NCBI GenBank assembly: GCA_963749155.1
Contig: CAVVLO010000001.1
Location: 800,001 to 864,000 of the forward strand
Direction: 5' to 3'
Source of the DNA: an uncultured Armatimonadia bacterium
GTDB lineage: Bacteria; Armatimonadota; Zipacnadia; CAVVLO01
Length of the DNA stretch: 64,000 nucleotides
Positions 1 to 9,806 of the stretch are shown piece after piece. The position numbers and the translations under genes were made by a program. Under the pieces are notes generated by a model. It had not been told where the DNA came from, made no database searches, and saw nothing but the letters and a program-made list of their open reading frames with translations. Position 1 is the first letter of the stretch; each line of letters begins with the position of its first letter.

Positions 1-1
1 T

Positions 2-589
2 GACGAGACTCAGCGTGGCTTCGAGGCGCTTTGGCAGCGCCAGGGCTCCGTTATCAAGCTGGCCAGAGAAACCCTTCCCCAGTTGATGGACAATGACGCT
101 ACCCTCTCCAAGCATTATTGCCTGGCTTTGGGCAACCATATGCTGACCGTTAACGATGACGACGTTAACCTGGTGGACGAAGATGCGATGGATGTCTGGT
201 ATAAAGGGCCCAAGCCTCTAAAGCCTGCCCATCCGGTCTATTCCATCGAACGCAAGCCTGGCCCTGGAGAACTGCTTCTCGACCTGCCAGGCCCTGTGCC
301 AATGCCTGGAGAGCCGCTGGCCTTCCGCATCGCCTGGCCTTTCCTTCTGGATTGGAGCTCCAGCACGATGCTGGTAGCCAATCGTCTCGGAGAAGTCAGC
401 GGCGTGTCACTCACCGGCGGGGTTGCGCGCTGGAGTTACAAACCAGACAGCCCAGTGTTGCGCTCGGATGCCCTGGTAAGATGGGGGCTTGATACCCGCC
501 GAGGTCTTGCGCTGCTGCTTGAGAAGACCGAACTGACCGCCATCAAGTGTCGCGCGCTACCGGAAGACCTCATCAGGCCTTCAGACTAG
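2..589 (+). CDS. hypothetical protein, 3' part (open from the window edge)
   Basis: Frame of ORF 83..589 is open back to position 2; stop TAG abuts the convergent gene ending at 591; no recognisable motif. Confidence 0.6.
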   Translation, partial: DETQRGFEALWQRQGSVIKLARETLPQLMDNDATLSKHYCLALGNHMLTVNDDDVNLVDEDAMDVWYKGPKPLKPAHPVYSIERKPGPGELLLDLPGPVPMPGEPLAFRIAWPFLLDWSSSTMLVANRLGEVSGVSLTGGVARWSYKPDSPVLRSDALVRWGLDTRRGLALLLEKTELTAIKCRALPEDLIRPSD

Positions 590-590
590 A

Positions 591-2534
591 CTAGATAAAG
601 AAGACTTCATGGCCTCGCGAGCCGGTGAAGGTGTCCACGGCTATCCAGATTATGTTCACGGTAAATTGTCCGAGGATCAAGCCCAGGAAGGCCGGCCTCA
701 TCAGGCGGTAATACCTTAGTCCCCCATATCGCAGGATAAGCACTTTGAGTACCCAGGCAATGAAAGCGCACAGCCACTGCTGGTCCATAAGCCAGACGCT
801 GCCAATGGCAAATCCCAGCGGATGCAAGGGCCACCACAAAAAGCGCACCCGCATAAAGGACAGGAAGGCCAGAAAGGCAGCTCCCCCCGCCATCAGGCCG
901 ATGGTGCTGGTTTTTATGGGAACGGGATGGTCAATCAGGTTGGTGACCCACTTGTAGGGCATCTGCGGCCCGTCTATGAAGAACCACCCATGCAGCCCGG
1001 CGCCGCCGATGGTGTAAGCAAGTCTCATGACATAGAAGATGGCAGCCACCAGAGTGACCGCCGCCGCGACCATAATCCACAGCAGCAGGCCGCGCAGCCG
1101 CCCTCCCGAGTCCTCAACCACTTTTAGCCCGTGAGAGGTGGAGGCCATAACATGGGTGCGCAGGTCGGCGGCATAGGGATAGGTCAGCGCCAGCGCCATC
1201 AAGCCTTGCGGCCCCAGCCTGGGCGAACCCAGCACCGCTACCGTCATATCCGAGGCGGTCGTTGGCGCCACCGCCTCAGCAAAACCGCCCTCTACGACGA
1301 CGCGCGTCAGCCCCAGGAAGATAGCCATCATAAAAGTGACGACCAGCACTGCCGGTAGTACTCCCAGCCCAGTCCATACAATCCAGGCGACCAGCAGAGC
1401 AAAGCCAAGCCCCGCTCCCGCAAACAGCACCCGGTAGGAGGCTACCTCATCCGCGTCGTAGTCCTTGCCGCCCTTGCCCAGCGCGCACTGCCAGGCCGAG
1501 GCAAGATGCCCTCTGGCCGTCCAGAAGTTGGTCACAACCAGCGCCACCATCGCCCCTTCACCAATATGCTTGAAGGGCGCGAAGGCCACGCCATACACGC
1601 TGGTCGCCTCGCTGAAGTCGAGGGCCAGCAGCACCAGTATGCCACGCGCAAGCCAGTAAAGCCGGTTGAAAGCCCACAGGCTGAACAGGGCGTCCTTGTT
1701 GACCAGGTAGAAGAATCCCAGCATCGGGAAGCTGAGCCTGAAGATCACCAGCACGCTGTTCTTGAAGGTCATAAAACCCTTGACCATCGTGGGCGCTGGC
1801 ACAGCAGGATAGAAATAATGGAATCCGCTTAGCATCCCCACGGTGAAGGGTATCGCAAAGCCAAGCCATAGCATCTTGTTGCGCATAAGCCCTGGCGCGT
1901 TGTTGGCCAGTTCAAGCGGAAGCTGGGCGACCGGATAAGCCAGTCTCTCGCGACTCGACCACTGGCGATGCAGCAGGCTCGCAAGGCAGGCCATCGTGAA
2001 GTAAAGCACCAGAGTTAGCACGAGCCACCAGGCCAGGGGCTGTGCCCACGCAAGCCAGGGTATCTTTGCCCCTGGCCCCGCCCCTTCGAAGAAAAGCCTT
2101 ACGGCCGTTTCGTCGTGGGGGGTAAGCTGAGGCCTGATAAGTGGCGCAAGCACCTGGTCCCATTTGTTTTCGAGGGTCGCGTAATACACAGGCGCGGTGA
2201 TTATCGGCAGCAGTTGGCCGCCGAAGCCCATCACGGGGATGGCATTGGCGACCACCATCAGCGCGTAGGCGACCCCGAGTTCGGCAGAGGAGAGAGCTTT
2301 GGCAGGCGCGAAACGACGCAGCAGTCCATTCACAACCGTCGCCAGGAAGAACAGCAGCAGCAGGGCGCCCGGGGTGCTGAAATCATAGTCGAGGTTGCTG
2401 CCCATAAGCACCAGGGCGGCGTGAGGCGCGGCAAAAGCTATCGCAAGCGACCCGAGCAATCCAAGCACTACGGCCCGTTTCGTCAGGCCGCCTCGGATTG
2501 CTCCCGGCACTTTCGCTTGTCTGGCCTGCTCCAA
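591..2534 (-). CDS. DUF6785/DUF6784-like polytopic membrane protein (putative transporter)
   Basis: 647 aa, many hydrophobic segments; QWSSRERLAYPVAQLP, FLWWPLHPLGFAIG, LRYGG and PAFLGLILG motifs; paralogue at 49028..50968. Confidence 0.8.
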   Translation of the reverse strand: MEQARQAKVPGAIRGGLTKRAVVLGLLGSLAIAFAAPHAALVLMGSNLDYDFSTPGALLLLFFLATVVNGLLRRFAPAKALSSAELGVAYALMVVANAIPVMGFGGQLLPIITAPVYYATLENKWDQVLAPLIRPQLTPHDETAVRLFFEGAGPGAKIPWLAWAQPLAWWLVLTLVLYFTMACLASLLHRQWSSRERLAYPVAQLPLELANNAPGLMRNKMLWLGFAIPFTVGMLSGFHYFYPAVPAPTMVKGFMTFKNSVLVIFRLSFPMLGFFYLVNKDALFSLWAFNRLYWLARGILVLLALDFSEATSVYGVAFAPFKHIGEGAMVALVVTNFWTARGHLASAWQCALGKGGKDYDADEVASYRVLFAGAGLGFALLVAWIVWTGLGVLPAVLVVTFMMAIFLGLTRVVVEGGFAEAVAPTTASDMTVAVLGSPRLGPQGLMALALTYPYAADLRTHVMASTSHGLKVVEDSGGRLRGLLLWIMVAAAVTLVAAIFYVMRLAYTIGGAGLHGWFFIDGPQMPYKWVTNLIDHPVPIKTSTIGLMAGGAAFLAFLSFMRVRFLWWPLHPLGFAIGSVWLMDQQWLCAFIAWVLKVLILRYGGLRYYRLMRPAFLGLILGQFTVNIIWIAVDTFTGSRGHEVFFI

Positions 2535-2543
2535 AGCCCTCCC

Positions 2544-3465
2544 TTAGCGCGAAAGCGAAGTCAGATACTCAAGTACCGTCTCGCCGACCTCATCGAGCGA
2601 TGCGGCAGAACAAGCCTCAGGCTTGTCGTCCATCGTATGCCACTGGGGGTAGTCAAAATCAATGATATCAATTGCCTCTACCCCCGCAAGCTGCAAGGGC
2701 CGATGGTCATCGTAGATCTCGCCCCAACTGCCAGAGAGGAAGTGCTTCGCCCCCGCGCGCCTTGCCGCCTGCCAGACCGCTGCTTGAAGCCTCGGCGCCG
2801 AGGTCTGGGAATAGCCTTCCTGCTGGATGCCCAGATTCGTGTCCCCAATCATATCCAGGATGATTGCCTGCTCTGGTAACTCGGTTTTCGAATTGAAGGC
2901 GTAGTGAAAAGACCCCTGGCAGAAGTCGTAGATATTTCGCCCCGCATCCTCGGCGTCGAAAAAAGCCAAATCCACCGCAAAAGGTTGGGGGTTGGCCTTC
3001 AAGAAGCGCGCTAGCTCCAGCAGCACCGCCACGCCCGAGGCCCCGTCGTTGGCGCCGAGGATGGGCTTGCTGTGGTTGGCCTGGTCCAGGTCAAGGTCAG
3101 CCCAGGGTCGTGTGTCAAAGTGGGCGCCCAGGAGCAGTCTGGCCTTGCCCTCCACCGGCCCGAACCGTCCGATGATATTGCGAGAGGGCACCAGGCGGCC
3201 TTCCAGTTTCATGTTGAAAGGCTGAGTGGTGATCGTCGCGCCGGATTCCTCCAGCTTGGTTTTTATGTAGAGGATGCACTTGGCATGGGCTTCACTACCG
3301 GGCGGGCGAGGCCCCAGCTCGCACTGGGCCATCAGGTCAGCCCAGGCGCGCTCGGAGTTGAAACGATCGGGCGGTGTCAGCTGCGCCAGGGCCCACCAGC
3401 CGATTGCCAGCAGCATAGTCAGCACCACGGCGCCGCCTGCTAGTAGCAAGAGGCCTGCTGTTCAT
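2544..3465 (-). CDS. M28 family zinc peptidase / glutaminyl cyclase-like, N-terminal membrane anchor
   Basis: GAHFDTRP, GANDGASGVAVLLE, FFDAED, LDMIG, DDH and WHT motifs; likely true ATG at 3465 (ATGA overlap with upstream gene) needs a 1-nt correction, otherwise TTG at 3449. Confidence 0.85.
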
Positions 3466-4205
3466 TGGCCGAACTCCAGTCTGCCCGCGAGTACCCATGG
3501 CAATCCCGCCAGAAGGATCTTCTGTTTGGCTGCTTCCACCTCATAATCGAGGCGATAGTTGGTGAAAGTGCGCACGTCGGTATCCAGCAGCACAAAACTG
3601 GCCCTCGGGTCCCCATCGCGAGGCTGCCCTACGCTGCCCACATTTATTATATAGCGAAAAGCCTCGTCCATCTCGACGGCCTCGTTGGCTCGCAAGACTC
3701 GCTTGTCAGGCCAGGCGCCAGCCAGATCGCTCTTGTACCACTCGGCGACGTGACTGTGCCCGATGAACAGGCCGTGAGCCTCTTCCATCAGGTCGAAGTT
3801 GGTTCCCGCATCGCCCTCGGTCAGCACATAAGCCCAGTCAGGCTCCAGGGAAGAATGGGCAAGCAGGAAATCTTCAAGCTCGCCCAGCGGCTCCAGCCTG
3901 GCCAGGAACTCCCGGGAGGACGCCTCCAGTCTGCTGGCGGTCCAGTCGATAGCCTCTTTGGCGAACCGGTTGAACCGCTCGGCCTCTTCGCCATCCAGCG
4001 CCGCGGCGTCGTGGTTACCGAGCAACACCTGCTGGCATCTCTCGGCAATCAGCGCGACGCATTCGTTGGGGTTGGCCCCATACCCGACCACATCGCCCAG
4101 GCACACCACCTGGTCGGGGGCTAGTTCATCCAGCCTGGCCATCACCGCGGTTAGAGCTTCCAGATTACCGTGGATATCCGAAATTAGGGCGTAACGCATT
4201 GCCAC
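3462..4205 (-). CDS. calcineurin-like metallophosphoesterase family protein
   Basis: DIHGN, GDVVGYG, GNHD, GHSH, NVGSVGQPRDGDPRAS motifs. Confidence 0.9.
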   Translation of the reverse strand: MAMRYALISDIHGNLEALTAVMARLDELAPDQVVCLGDVVGYGANPNECVALIAERCQQVLLGNHDAAALDGEEAERFNRFAKEAIDWTASRLEASSREFLARLEPLGELEDFLLAHSSLEPDWAYVLTEGDAGTNFDLMEEAHGLFIGHSHVAEWYKSDLAGAWPDKRVLRANEAVEMDEAFRYIINVGSVGQPRDGDPRASFVLLDTDVRTFTNYRLDYEVEAAKQKILLAGLPWVLAGRLEFGQ

Positions 4206-4222
4206 TGGCTCCTGTGTCCAAT

Positions 4223-4258
4223 AAAAAAGGACGACCCGAGGTGCTCCACGGGTCGCCC
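4223..4258 (-). terminator. putative intrinsic terminator after the redoxin pair
   Basis: GACCCG...CGGGTC stem next to an A-run on + (U-run on -). Confidence 0.45.
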
Positions 4259-4305
4259 TCTGCCTCTCACTATACCACCAGGGGAAGAAAAAACGCAGCC
4301 ACCTG

Positions 4306-4869
4306 TTACAGCAAAGGTTGGATGGCGACGTCGAGGCGCTTCACCCCGCCCATCGCCACGAAGTGCTGCTGAATGGCGCCCTTCCGATTCAGCACGAAAA
4401 GCGCAGGCCAGGCATGGATGCCACCCCAGGCCTCGTTCATGGATTCGGGCACTAACATCACGGGCACGTCACGTAGTTCTCCAGAGGCGAATCTGCGCGC
4501 TTCGGTCTCCTCCGGGTCGATGTACAGCACAACGATTCGCACCCCGCGGTCGTAGTACTTACGCTGCAGCTCGAGTACCGACTTGAAGTCCTTCGGCACC
4601 CGGCTCTTCTCCTGTGCGAGCGCCACTACGACCACGACGACCTTGCCTTTGTAGCTTGCCAGATCGAAGGGCTTGCCTGCGAGAGTGGCGCCCTTCACCT
4701 CAGGCGCCTGCATCCCGCGCGTGCCTCCCCACATGGGCGGGTTGTTCGGAAAGCTTGAAACCGGCGGTGATGGGGCTGAGGCCTGCTCTGGCTTTTCACA
4801 CCCCACCAGGGCAAGGCCCAAAAGCCCAACCAAAACCCCTGACACAACCCACTTCTGTGTTCCGCGCAT
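4306..4869 (-). CDS. TlpA/redoxin-fold lipoprotein lacking the CxxC motif
   Basis: Lipobox LVGC; PFDLASYKGKVVVV and WGGI...P..FVLNRKG.I align with the upstream TlpA paralogue; no Cys at the active-site position. Confidence 0.75.
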   Translation of the reverse strand: MRGTQKWVVSGVLVGLLGLALVGCEKPEQASAPSPPVSSFPNNPPMWGGTRGMQAPEVKGATLAGKPFDLASYKGKVVVVVVALAQEKSRVPKDFKSVLELQRKYYDRGVRIVVLYIDPEETEARRFASGELRDVPVMLVPESMNEAWGGIHAWPALFVLNRKGAIQQHFVAMGGVKRLDVAIQPLL

Positions 4870-4908
4870 ATGGATCGCTTCCCATTGGGCTAAGTATTAA
4901 GCCACCTG

Positions 4909-5547
4909 TTACAGCAGTGCCTCGATGGCTGCTTCCAGTTCTTGCGGTGAGGCCGGGCCCAGATAATCGTGCCGGATGACGCCTTCCTTATCGAGAAGAT
5001 AAGCGGTCGGTATGCCTTCGATTTCTCCCCAGGCTTCTGCAACGGAGGGGGGCACTACAAGAATCGGATAGTTTATTCCTTCACTTTTTACGAAATCCTC
5101 GACTTTGCCCTCGTTTCTGTCCAGCGAGAATCCTATAACCTGAAAACCTTTGTCGCCGTATTTATTCTGGAGTGCGATCAAGTCGGGGATACCCCTGACG
5201 CAAGGCCCGCACCAGGTTGCCCAGAAGTCGACCATTACGACTTTGCCTTTGTAGTCTTCCAGGTCGAAGGGCTGTCCATCAAGGGTGCTGCCTGTGACCT
5301 TAGGAGCCACAACTCCCTTTGGAGCACCTTTGAAACTGCCTTCGACCAGAACAGCCTCATTCGAAGCTTCATTACCCTCACTTGATGAGGGGCTTTGTTC
5401 AGGCTGGGGAGCCATATCGGTGGTGGGAGCGCCTGAGGGCGTCTCGGGCGCGCCAGTAGTTTTCTTTGGGCCGCAGCCGGATGCCAGCAAGGCGGCCAGG
5501 GCTAAGACCAGAAGTAGGACAAATACAGACCTTGAAAACAATTTCAT
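4909..5547 (-). CDS. TlpA family disulfide reductase lipoprotein
   Basis: Lipobox ASGC; KGKVVMVDFWATWCGPC; GIPTAYLLDKEG; AGGAGG RBS. Confidence 0.92.
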   Translation of the reverse strand: MKLFSRSVFVLLLVLALAALLASGCGPKKTTGAPETPSGAPTTDMAPQPEQSPSSSEGNEASNEAVLVEGSFKGAPKGVVAPKVTGSTLDGQPFDLEDYKGKVVMVDFWATWCGPCVRGIPDLIALQNKYGDKGFQVIGFSLDRNEGKVEDFVKSEGINYPILVVPPSVAEAWGEIEGIPTAYLLDKEGVIRHDYLGPASPQELEAAIEALL

Positions 5548-5643
5548 TCAGGTTCCTCCTTGGGAACAGGCTCTTTTGATTATACGCATAACACAGATTG
5601 GAGGTTAGTTTATCCCAATCCGGAGCGACTTGTTACCCCACAG

Positions 5644-5669
5644 GCAGGAAGGCTTCGCCTTGCGCCGAA
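5644..5669 (+). promoter_or_regulatory. putative SigH-like promoter GCAGGA-N16-CGAA
   Basis: Motif recurs with the same spacing in several intergenic regions; upstream of the 5739 ORF and the ABC permeases. Confidence 0.5.
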
Positions 5670-5738
5670 ATCACTCCCTGTGTTATAAACCGGCAGCTTT
5701 AGAGTGCGACTTGGGCCCTGGCCCAGGAGGTCTGGAGA

Positions 5739-6050
5739 TTGCCTTCCTTCACGTTTCACAGGGAGTTCCGCACCGCGACTTCCGAGCAGTACACCATCTA
5801 TCGTGGCGAGGCCGAAGTCGGCATCGTTGATTTGCATATCCGAGAGGACAGGACTCGCGTGCTTGTCGTTATAACCGGACCGCTGCCCGAAGGCGCCGAA
5901 GACGACCTGACCGAGGCCATAGAGGACGAATTGCTCGAGTCGACCGCGCCGGAGGGTCTTGCGCCCGAGGTGGATGTCGAACTCTTTCGCGGAGAGCGTC
6001 TGGCCGTCTTCACCGACGCTCCCGCCCCACATGGCGATGACGACGACTAG
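5739..6050 (+). CDS. small acidic hypothetical protein
   Basis: 103 aa, TTG start preceded by GGAG; co-oriented with the permeases. Confidence 0.7.
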   Translation: MPSFTFHREFRTATSEQYTIYRGEAEVGIVDLHIREDRTRVLVVITGPLPEGAEDDLTEAIEDELLESTAPEGLAPEVDVELFRGERLAVFTDAPAPHGDDDD

Positions 6051-6087
6051 CTAGACTAACCTGCAAGCGGCGAGGCGCGCCTCTGGA

Positions 6088-7059
6088 ATGGGATTATCAC
6101 CCAGGCAGATACGTAAAATCAGGGAAACCGCGACGGGCTACGCTTTTCTGACGCCCAACATTATCGGCTTCCTTGTTTTCACCTTTCTGCCTATCATCGC
6201 GGCTTTCTGGCTCAGCCTCGTCAAGTGGGACGTCATCAGCGGCTTCGAGCTTTCCAAGATGCAGTTTGTGGGGCTGGGCAACTTCGAGAAGCTGCTGGGC
6301 TTCCAGGTCGTGAACGGCGTCATAAAGCCCAACGACCCCAAGTTTTGGTACTATATGTACAACACGGCCTTTATGATGATTGGCATCCCGCTTGGGATGG
6401 CTGGCTCCCTGGCTGTGGCGCTGCTTATGAATCAGAAGCTCAAGGGCATCAGCATCTTCCGCACCGCTTTCTTCCTGCCGACCATCTCCTCCATCGTGGC
6501 CATCGCGCTGCTGTGGAAGTGGATTTATAGCCCCGATTATGGCCTTATCAACGCGCTGCTTACCTACGGCGTCCATATAGGCCCCTTGCACCTGCATATC
6601 CCTGATCCGCCCAAGTGGCTGGCCAGCAAGGAATGGGCCAAGCCTGCCATCATCCTGATGTGGCTGTGGCGCGATATCGGCGGTTACAACTGCATCCTCT
6701 ACCTGGCGGGGCTGCAACAGATCCCCGAAGAGCTTTACGAGGCGGCCGATATTGACGGGGCGGGCTCGCTAGCGAAGTTCAAGGCAATCACGCTGCCGAT
6801 GCTTTCGCCGACGACTTTCTTCATTTTGACGATGAGCCTCATCGGTGGCTTCCAGGGCGGCTTCACCGAGGCCTATCTGATGACCGAGGGCGGGCCTGCC
6901 GGCTCGACCACGACGGTAATGTATTACATCTATTCCAATGGTTTCCAGTGGTTCAAGATGGGCTACGCGGCGGCGCTTTCGGTGACGCTGTTCGCTGCGG
7001 TGTTCGTCTCGACCCTCTTCAACTGGCGGTTCGGCGGCAGGCTGGTGTATTACTCCTAA
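6088..7059 (+). CDS. carbohydrate ABC transporter permease (MalF-like)
   Basis: YLAGLQQIPEELYEAADIDGA EAA loop; TEGGPAGSTTT; GYAAALS. Confidence 0.93.
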   Translation: MGLSPRQIRKIRETATGYAFLTPNIIGFLVFTFLPIIAAFWLSLVKWDVISGFELSKMQFVGLGNFEKLLGFQVVNGVIKPNDPKFWYYMYNTAFMMIGIPLGMAGSLAVALLMNQKLKGISIFRTAFFLPTISSIVAIALLWKWIYSPDYGLINALLTYGVHIGPLHLHIPDPPKWLASKEWAKPAIILMWLWRDIGGYNCILYLAGLQQIPEELYEAADIDGAGSLAKFKAITLPMLSPTTFFILTMSLIGGFQGGFTEAYLMTEGGPAGSTTTVMYYIYSNGFQWFKMGYAAALSVTLFAAVFVSTLFNWRFGGRLVYYS

Positions 7060-7062
7060 ATT

Positions 7063-8142
7063 ATGGACGACAGCGGACGCTACAAGCGGAAGCATAAACG
7101 AGTTCAGTTCCTGATGAAGGGGCTGGCGTATCTCTTCCTGCTCATCGTGGGCATCACGATGGTCGTCCCGCTTGTGTGGATGTTTAGCACCTCGCTCAAG
7201 GAAGAAGCCGCGGTGGCCTCCTTTCCGCCGGAGTTCATCCCGCGCGAGCAGGTCCAGCTCGAATACGATGGGCGCAAGCGCAAGGTCGCCGAGGTCGAAT
7301 ATCAGGGCCAACTCGTCGAGGCGTTGGAGCTGCGTATCTTCAAGGACCAGCGCGATATGCTGCTGCTGGACACTATGAAGACCATCACTGTCCCCGTCAG
7401 CCAGGTCCACTACAAGAAACAGGTCGTCCTTCATTGGGAGAACTACAAAGACGCCTGGTACGCGATGACGGTGAAGGTTTTCCTGTTCGGCAAGTTCCGC
7501 ATCAAGAGCGCCTTCAGCCTCTTCTTCCTCAACTCGCTCTATGTGGCTATCTGCGTGACCCTGGGGCAGGTCATCACGAGTTCGCTTGCGGCGTATGCGT
7601 TTGCCAGATTGCGCTTCCCCTTCAGGGATCAGCTTTTCCTGGGGTATCTGGCGACGATGATGGTGCCCGGCGTCGTGACGATGATCCCTGTCTATGCGCT
7701 GCTTGGGCAACTTGATCTGGTCAACACCTACGCGGCGCTTGTGGTGCCTGGCATCTTCAGCGCCTACGGCACCTTCCTGTTGCGCCAGTTCTTTATGGGC
7801 ATCCCCAAGGAGCTTGAGGACGCCGCTCTGATAGATGGCGCAAACCATCTGCAGATTTACGCCCAGGTCATCCTGCCGCTTGCCAAGCCGGCGCTTGCGA
7901 CGCTGACGACCTTCACCTTCCTCGGGTCGTGGAACGGCTTTATGTGGCCTCTGATCGTGGCCCACGACCTTGAGCTTAAGACTCTGCCCATCGGCCTTGC
8001 GGCCTTCCAGGGACTGCACCAGACGGAGTGGACGCTGCTGATGGCGGCCTCCCTCGTCGTGATGGTGCCAGTCATCCTCGTGTTCCTCTTCAACCAGCGC
8101 TACTTCGTCCGCGGCATCGTGATGAGCGGCATCAAGGGGTAG
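7063..8142 (+). CDS. carbohydrate ABC transporter permease (MalG-like) with extracytoplasmic insertion
   Basis: SSLAAYAFARL, FLLRQFFMGIPKELEDAALIDGA, QRYFVRGIVMSGIKG. Confidence 0.93.
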   Translation: MDDSGRYKRKHKRVQFLMKGLAYLFLLIVGITMVVPLVWMFSTSLKEEAAVASFPPEFIPREQVQLEYDGRKRKVAEVEYQGQLVEALELRIFKDQRDMLLLDTMKTITVPVSQVHYKKQVVLHWENYKDAWYAMTVKVFLFGKFRIKSAFSLFFLNSLYVAICVTLGQVITSSLAAYAFARLRFPFRDQLFLGYLATMMVPGVVTMIPVYALLGQLDLVNTYAALVVPGIFSAYGTFLLRQFFMGIPKELEDAALIDGANHLQIYAQVILPLAKPALATLTTFTFLGSWNGFMWPLIVAHDLELKTLPIGLAAFQGLHQTEWTLLMAASLVVMVPVILVFLFNQRYFVRGIVMSGIKG

Positions 8143-8190
8143 GCGAGAGCCAGCTTCGCAATTTTTTTTCGAAAACTTGCTTCCACCCTC

Positions 8191-8218
8191 TTGACAGCCG
8201 GGCCGGATATGTTACGCT
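8191..8218 (+). promoter_or_regulatory. sigma70-type promoter of the padR-like gene
   Basis: TTGACA 8191-8196; extended -10 TGn-TACGCT ending at 8218. Confidence 0.6.
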
Positions 8219-8270
8219 ACGTAATATTACTACGCGTAATATTACGGCGCGTAATAATACGCGGCGTAAT
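8211..8270. repeat. four tandem 15-bp palindromes (ATTAC-N5-GTAAT), probable operator array
   Basis: GTTACgctacGTAAT, ATTACtacgcGTAAT, ATTACggcgcGTAAT, AATACgcggcGTAAT directly abutting. Confidence 0.85.
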
Positions 8271-8290
8271 AAGTACCAAGGAGGCGTGGG

Positions 8291-8845
8291 ATGGATACCA
8301 GGAGACTGACAAATCTCGACGCGGCGCTGATGGGATTGCTCTCCGAGAGCCCGCTGTCGGGCTATGACGTGAAGCAGGTCTTCGAAGAGACGCCTCTTGG
8401 GCATTTCAGCAGCAGTCCGGGGGCTATCTACCCGGCCCTCAAGCGACTGGAAAAGGCCGGCTGGATCGCCGGGAAGGTGGATTCCAGTCACCAGGCGCGC
8501 CCGCGCCGGGTCTATTCGCTTTCCCGAGAGGGGGAGGAGGCGTTGTTCTCGTGGCTGCGCGAGCCTCTCACGCGGGAAGAACTGCTCGGCAACGGGCAGG
8601 CGCCTGTCCTGCGCTTCTCGCTGATGGAGGGGCGGCTCGAGCGGCGAGAGGTAATCGCCTACCTGACGGACTATGCGCGGCTTTCGGACGAATACCTTAC
8701 CGAATTGGAACGCGACCTGGTCGCCAGAGGCGCGGGCCTCAGCCTTCACGCGCGGCTGGCGCTGGAGCTGGGGCTGCGCGGCTACCGGTTGCAGGCAGAA
8801 TGGGCGCGTTGGGCCATCCAGCGGCTCAGAGCAAGTGGGCGCTAA
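8291..8845 (+). CDS. PadR family transcriptional regulator
   Basis: LMGLLSESPLSGYDVKQ, SPGAIYPALKRLEKAGWI, RRVYSLSREGEEALFSWL; AGGAGG RBS. Confidence 0.92.
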   Translation: MDTRRLTNLDAALMGLLSESPLSGYDVKQVFEETPLGHFSSSPGAIYPALKRLEKAGWIAGKVDSSHQARPRRVYSLSREGEEALFSWLREPLTREELLGNGQAPVLRFSLMEGRLERREVIAYLTDYARLSDEYLTELERDLVARGAGLSLHARLALELGLRGYRLQAEWARWAIQRLRASGR

Positions 8846-8871
8846 AGGCGCCTTGAAAGAGGAGAGAGCAA

Positions 8872-9751
8872 GTGATGAGGTTGATTGGATATCTGTGGCG
8901 GGTGCCGGTTGTGGCGGTGGCTTTCATCGCGCTGATGCCGGTTGGTAACGCGCTGGTTTCGGCGCTGAGCCTCGCGATGCCGACCTTCGAGGGACAGGCG
9001 GAGGCAGGCACGCAGGCTGGGCTGGCGGCGCTGGGCGCACTGGTGCTGGCGCTTGGGCTGGGATTAGTGGCTGACAGGCTGCGCAGAGGGTTCTTTCCCA
9101 GGTGGTTTGGACTGGCCTTCTTCGCTTTCGTGGCAGTAGGGCTAAACACCGCCTTCGAGGCGGCTGCCTTCACCACGCTGGACGCGATGAGCGCCATGAT
9201 ATTCATCTTCGTGCCATCAGTCCTCGGTGCAACAGCGGTGGCGGCGGCCCTGTTCGGCCCTCGCCCAGAGGAGTCGGCTTATCGTGGCGCTTACAGAGAC
9301 TTCACAATCCAGCCTCGGGCTGCGCTTCGCCTGCTGCTGGCTTGGCTGGCGTTTCCCTTTGTCTACTACCTGTTTGGGATGCTGCTGATGGTGATAAGGC
9401 CCGAGCTGATGGACTTCTACACGTCGGGAGAGTCAGGCCTCACGCTGCCAGACCAGGGGCAGATTCTCCAACTGCAGTTGATGCGCGGCGGATTTGCCCT
9501 GTTTTCGATATCCGGCTTGCTGCTGCTGTGGGAAGGCGGGCGAGGGGCCTTCACACTGAGGGTCGGATTTCGCGCTGTGGGCGCTGATGGGGCTGTTTGG
9601 GATGATCCAGGGCACCTGGCTCGATCCGGCGCTGCGCATCGGCCACGGGCTTGAGATCGGCTGTGACGCTTTCGCTTACGCCGGCCTCGTAGCCTGGTTG
9701 CTGCTGCCGAAAGAGCAAGAGGCCAGGACGGAACCAGAAGCCTCCTCCTGA
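8872..9751 (+). CDS. multi-pass membrane protein (one frameshift near 9568)
   Basis: Hydrophobic ORF 8872..9654; removing one T in GGATTTCGCG continues as GFALWALMGLFGMIQ...EASS to TGA 9749-9751. Confidence 0.7.
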
Positions 9752-9776
9752 AGGACGCGGCGAGGAAAGCGCGAAT
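9750..9776 (+). promoter_or_regulatory. putative SigH-like promoter GAAGGA-N16-CGAAT
   Basis: Same motif and spacing as at 5644, 15872 and 25625; upstream of the GH32 gene. Confidence 0.5.
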
Positions 9777-9806
9777 AACTCTCCGTTATTTCCGGGAGGC
9801 TTCTGA

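Noticed and set aside
8211..8270. Possible mini-CRISPR array
   Set aside because: Period is only 15 bp with 5-nt variable cores and no cas genes; fits an operator array
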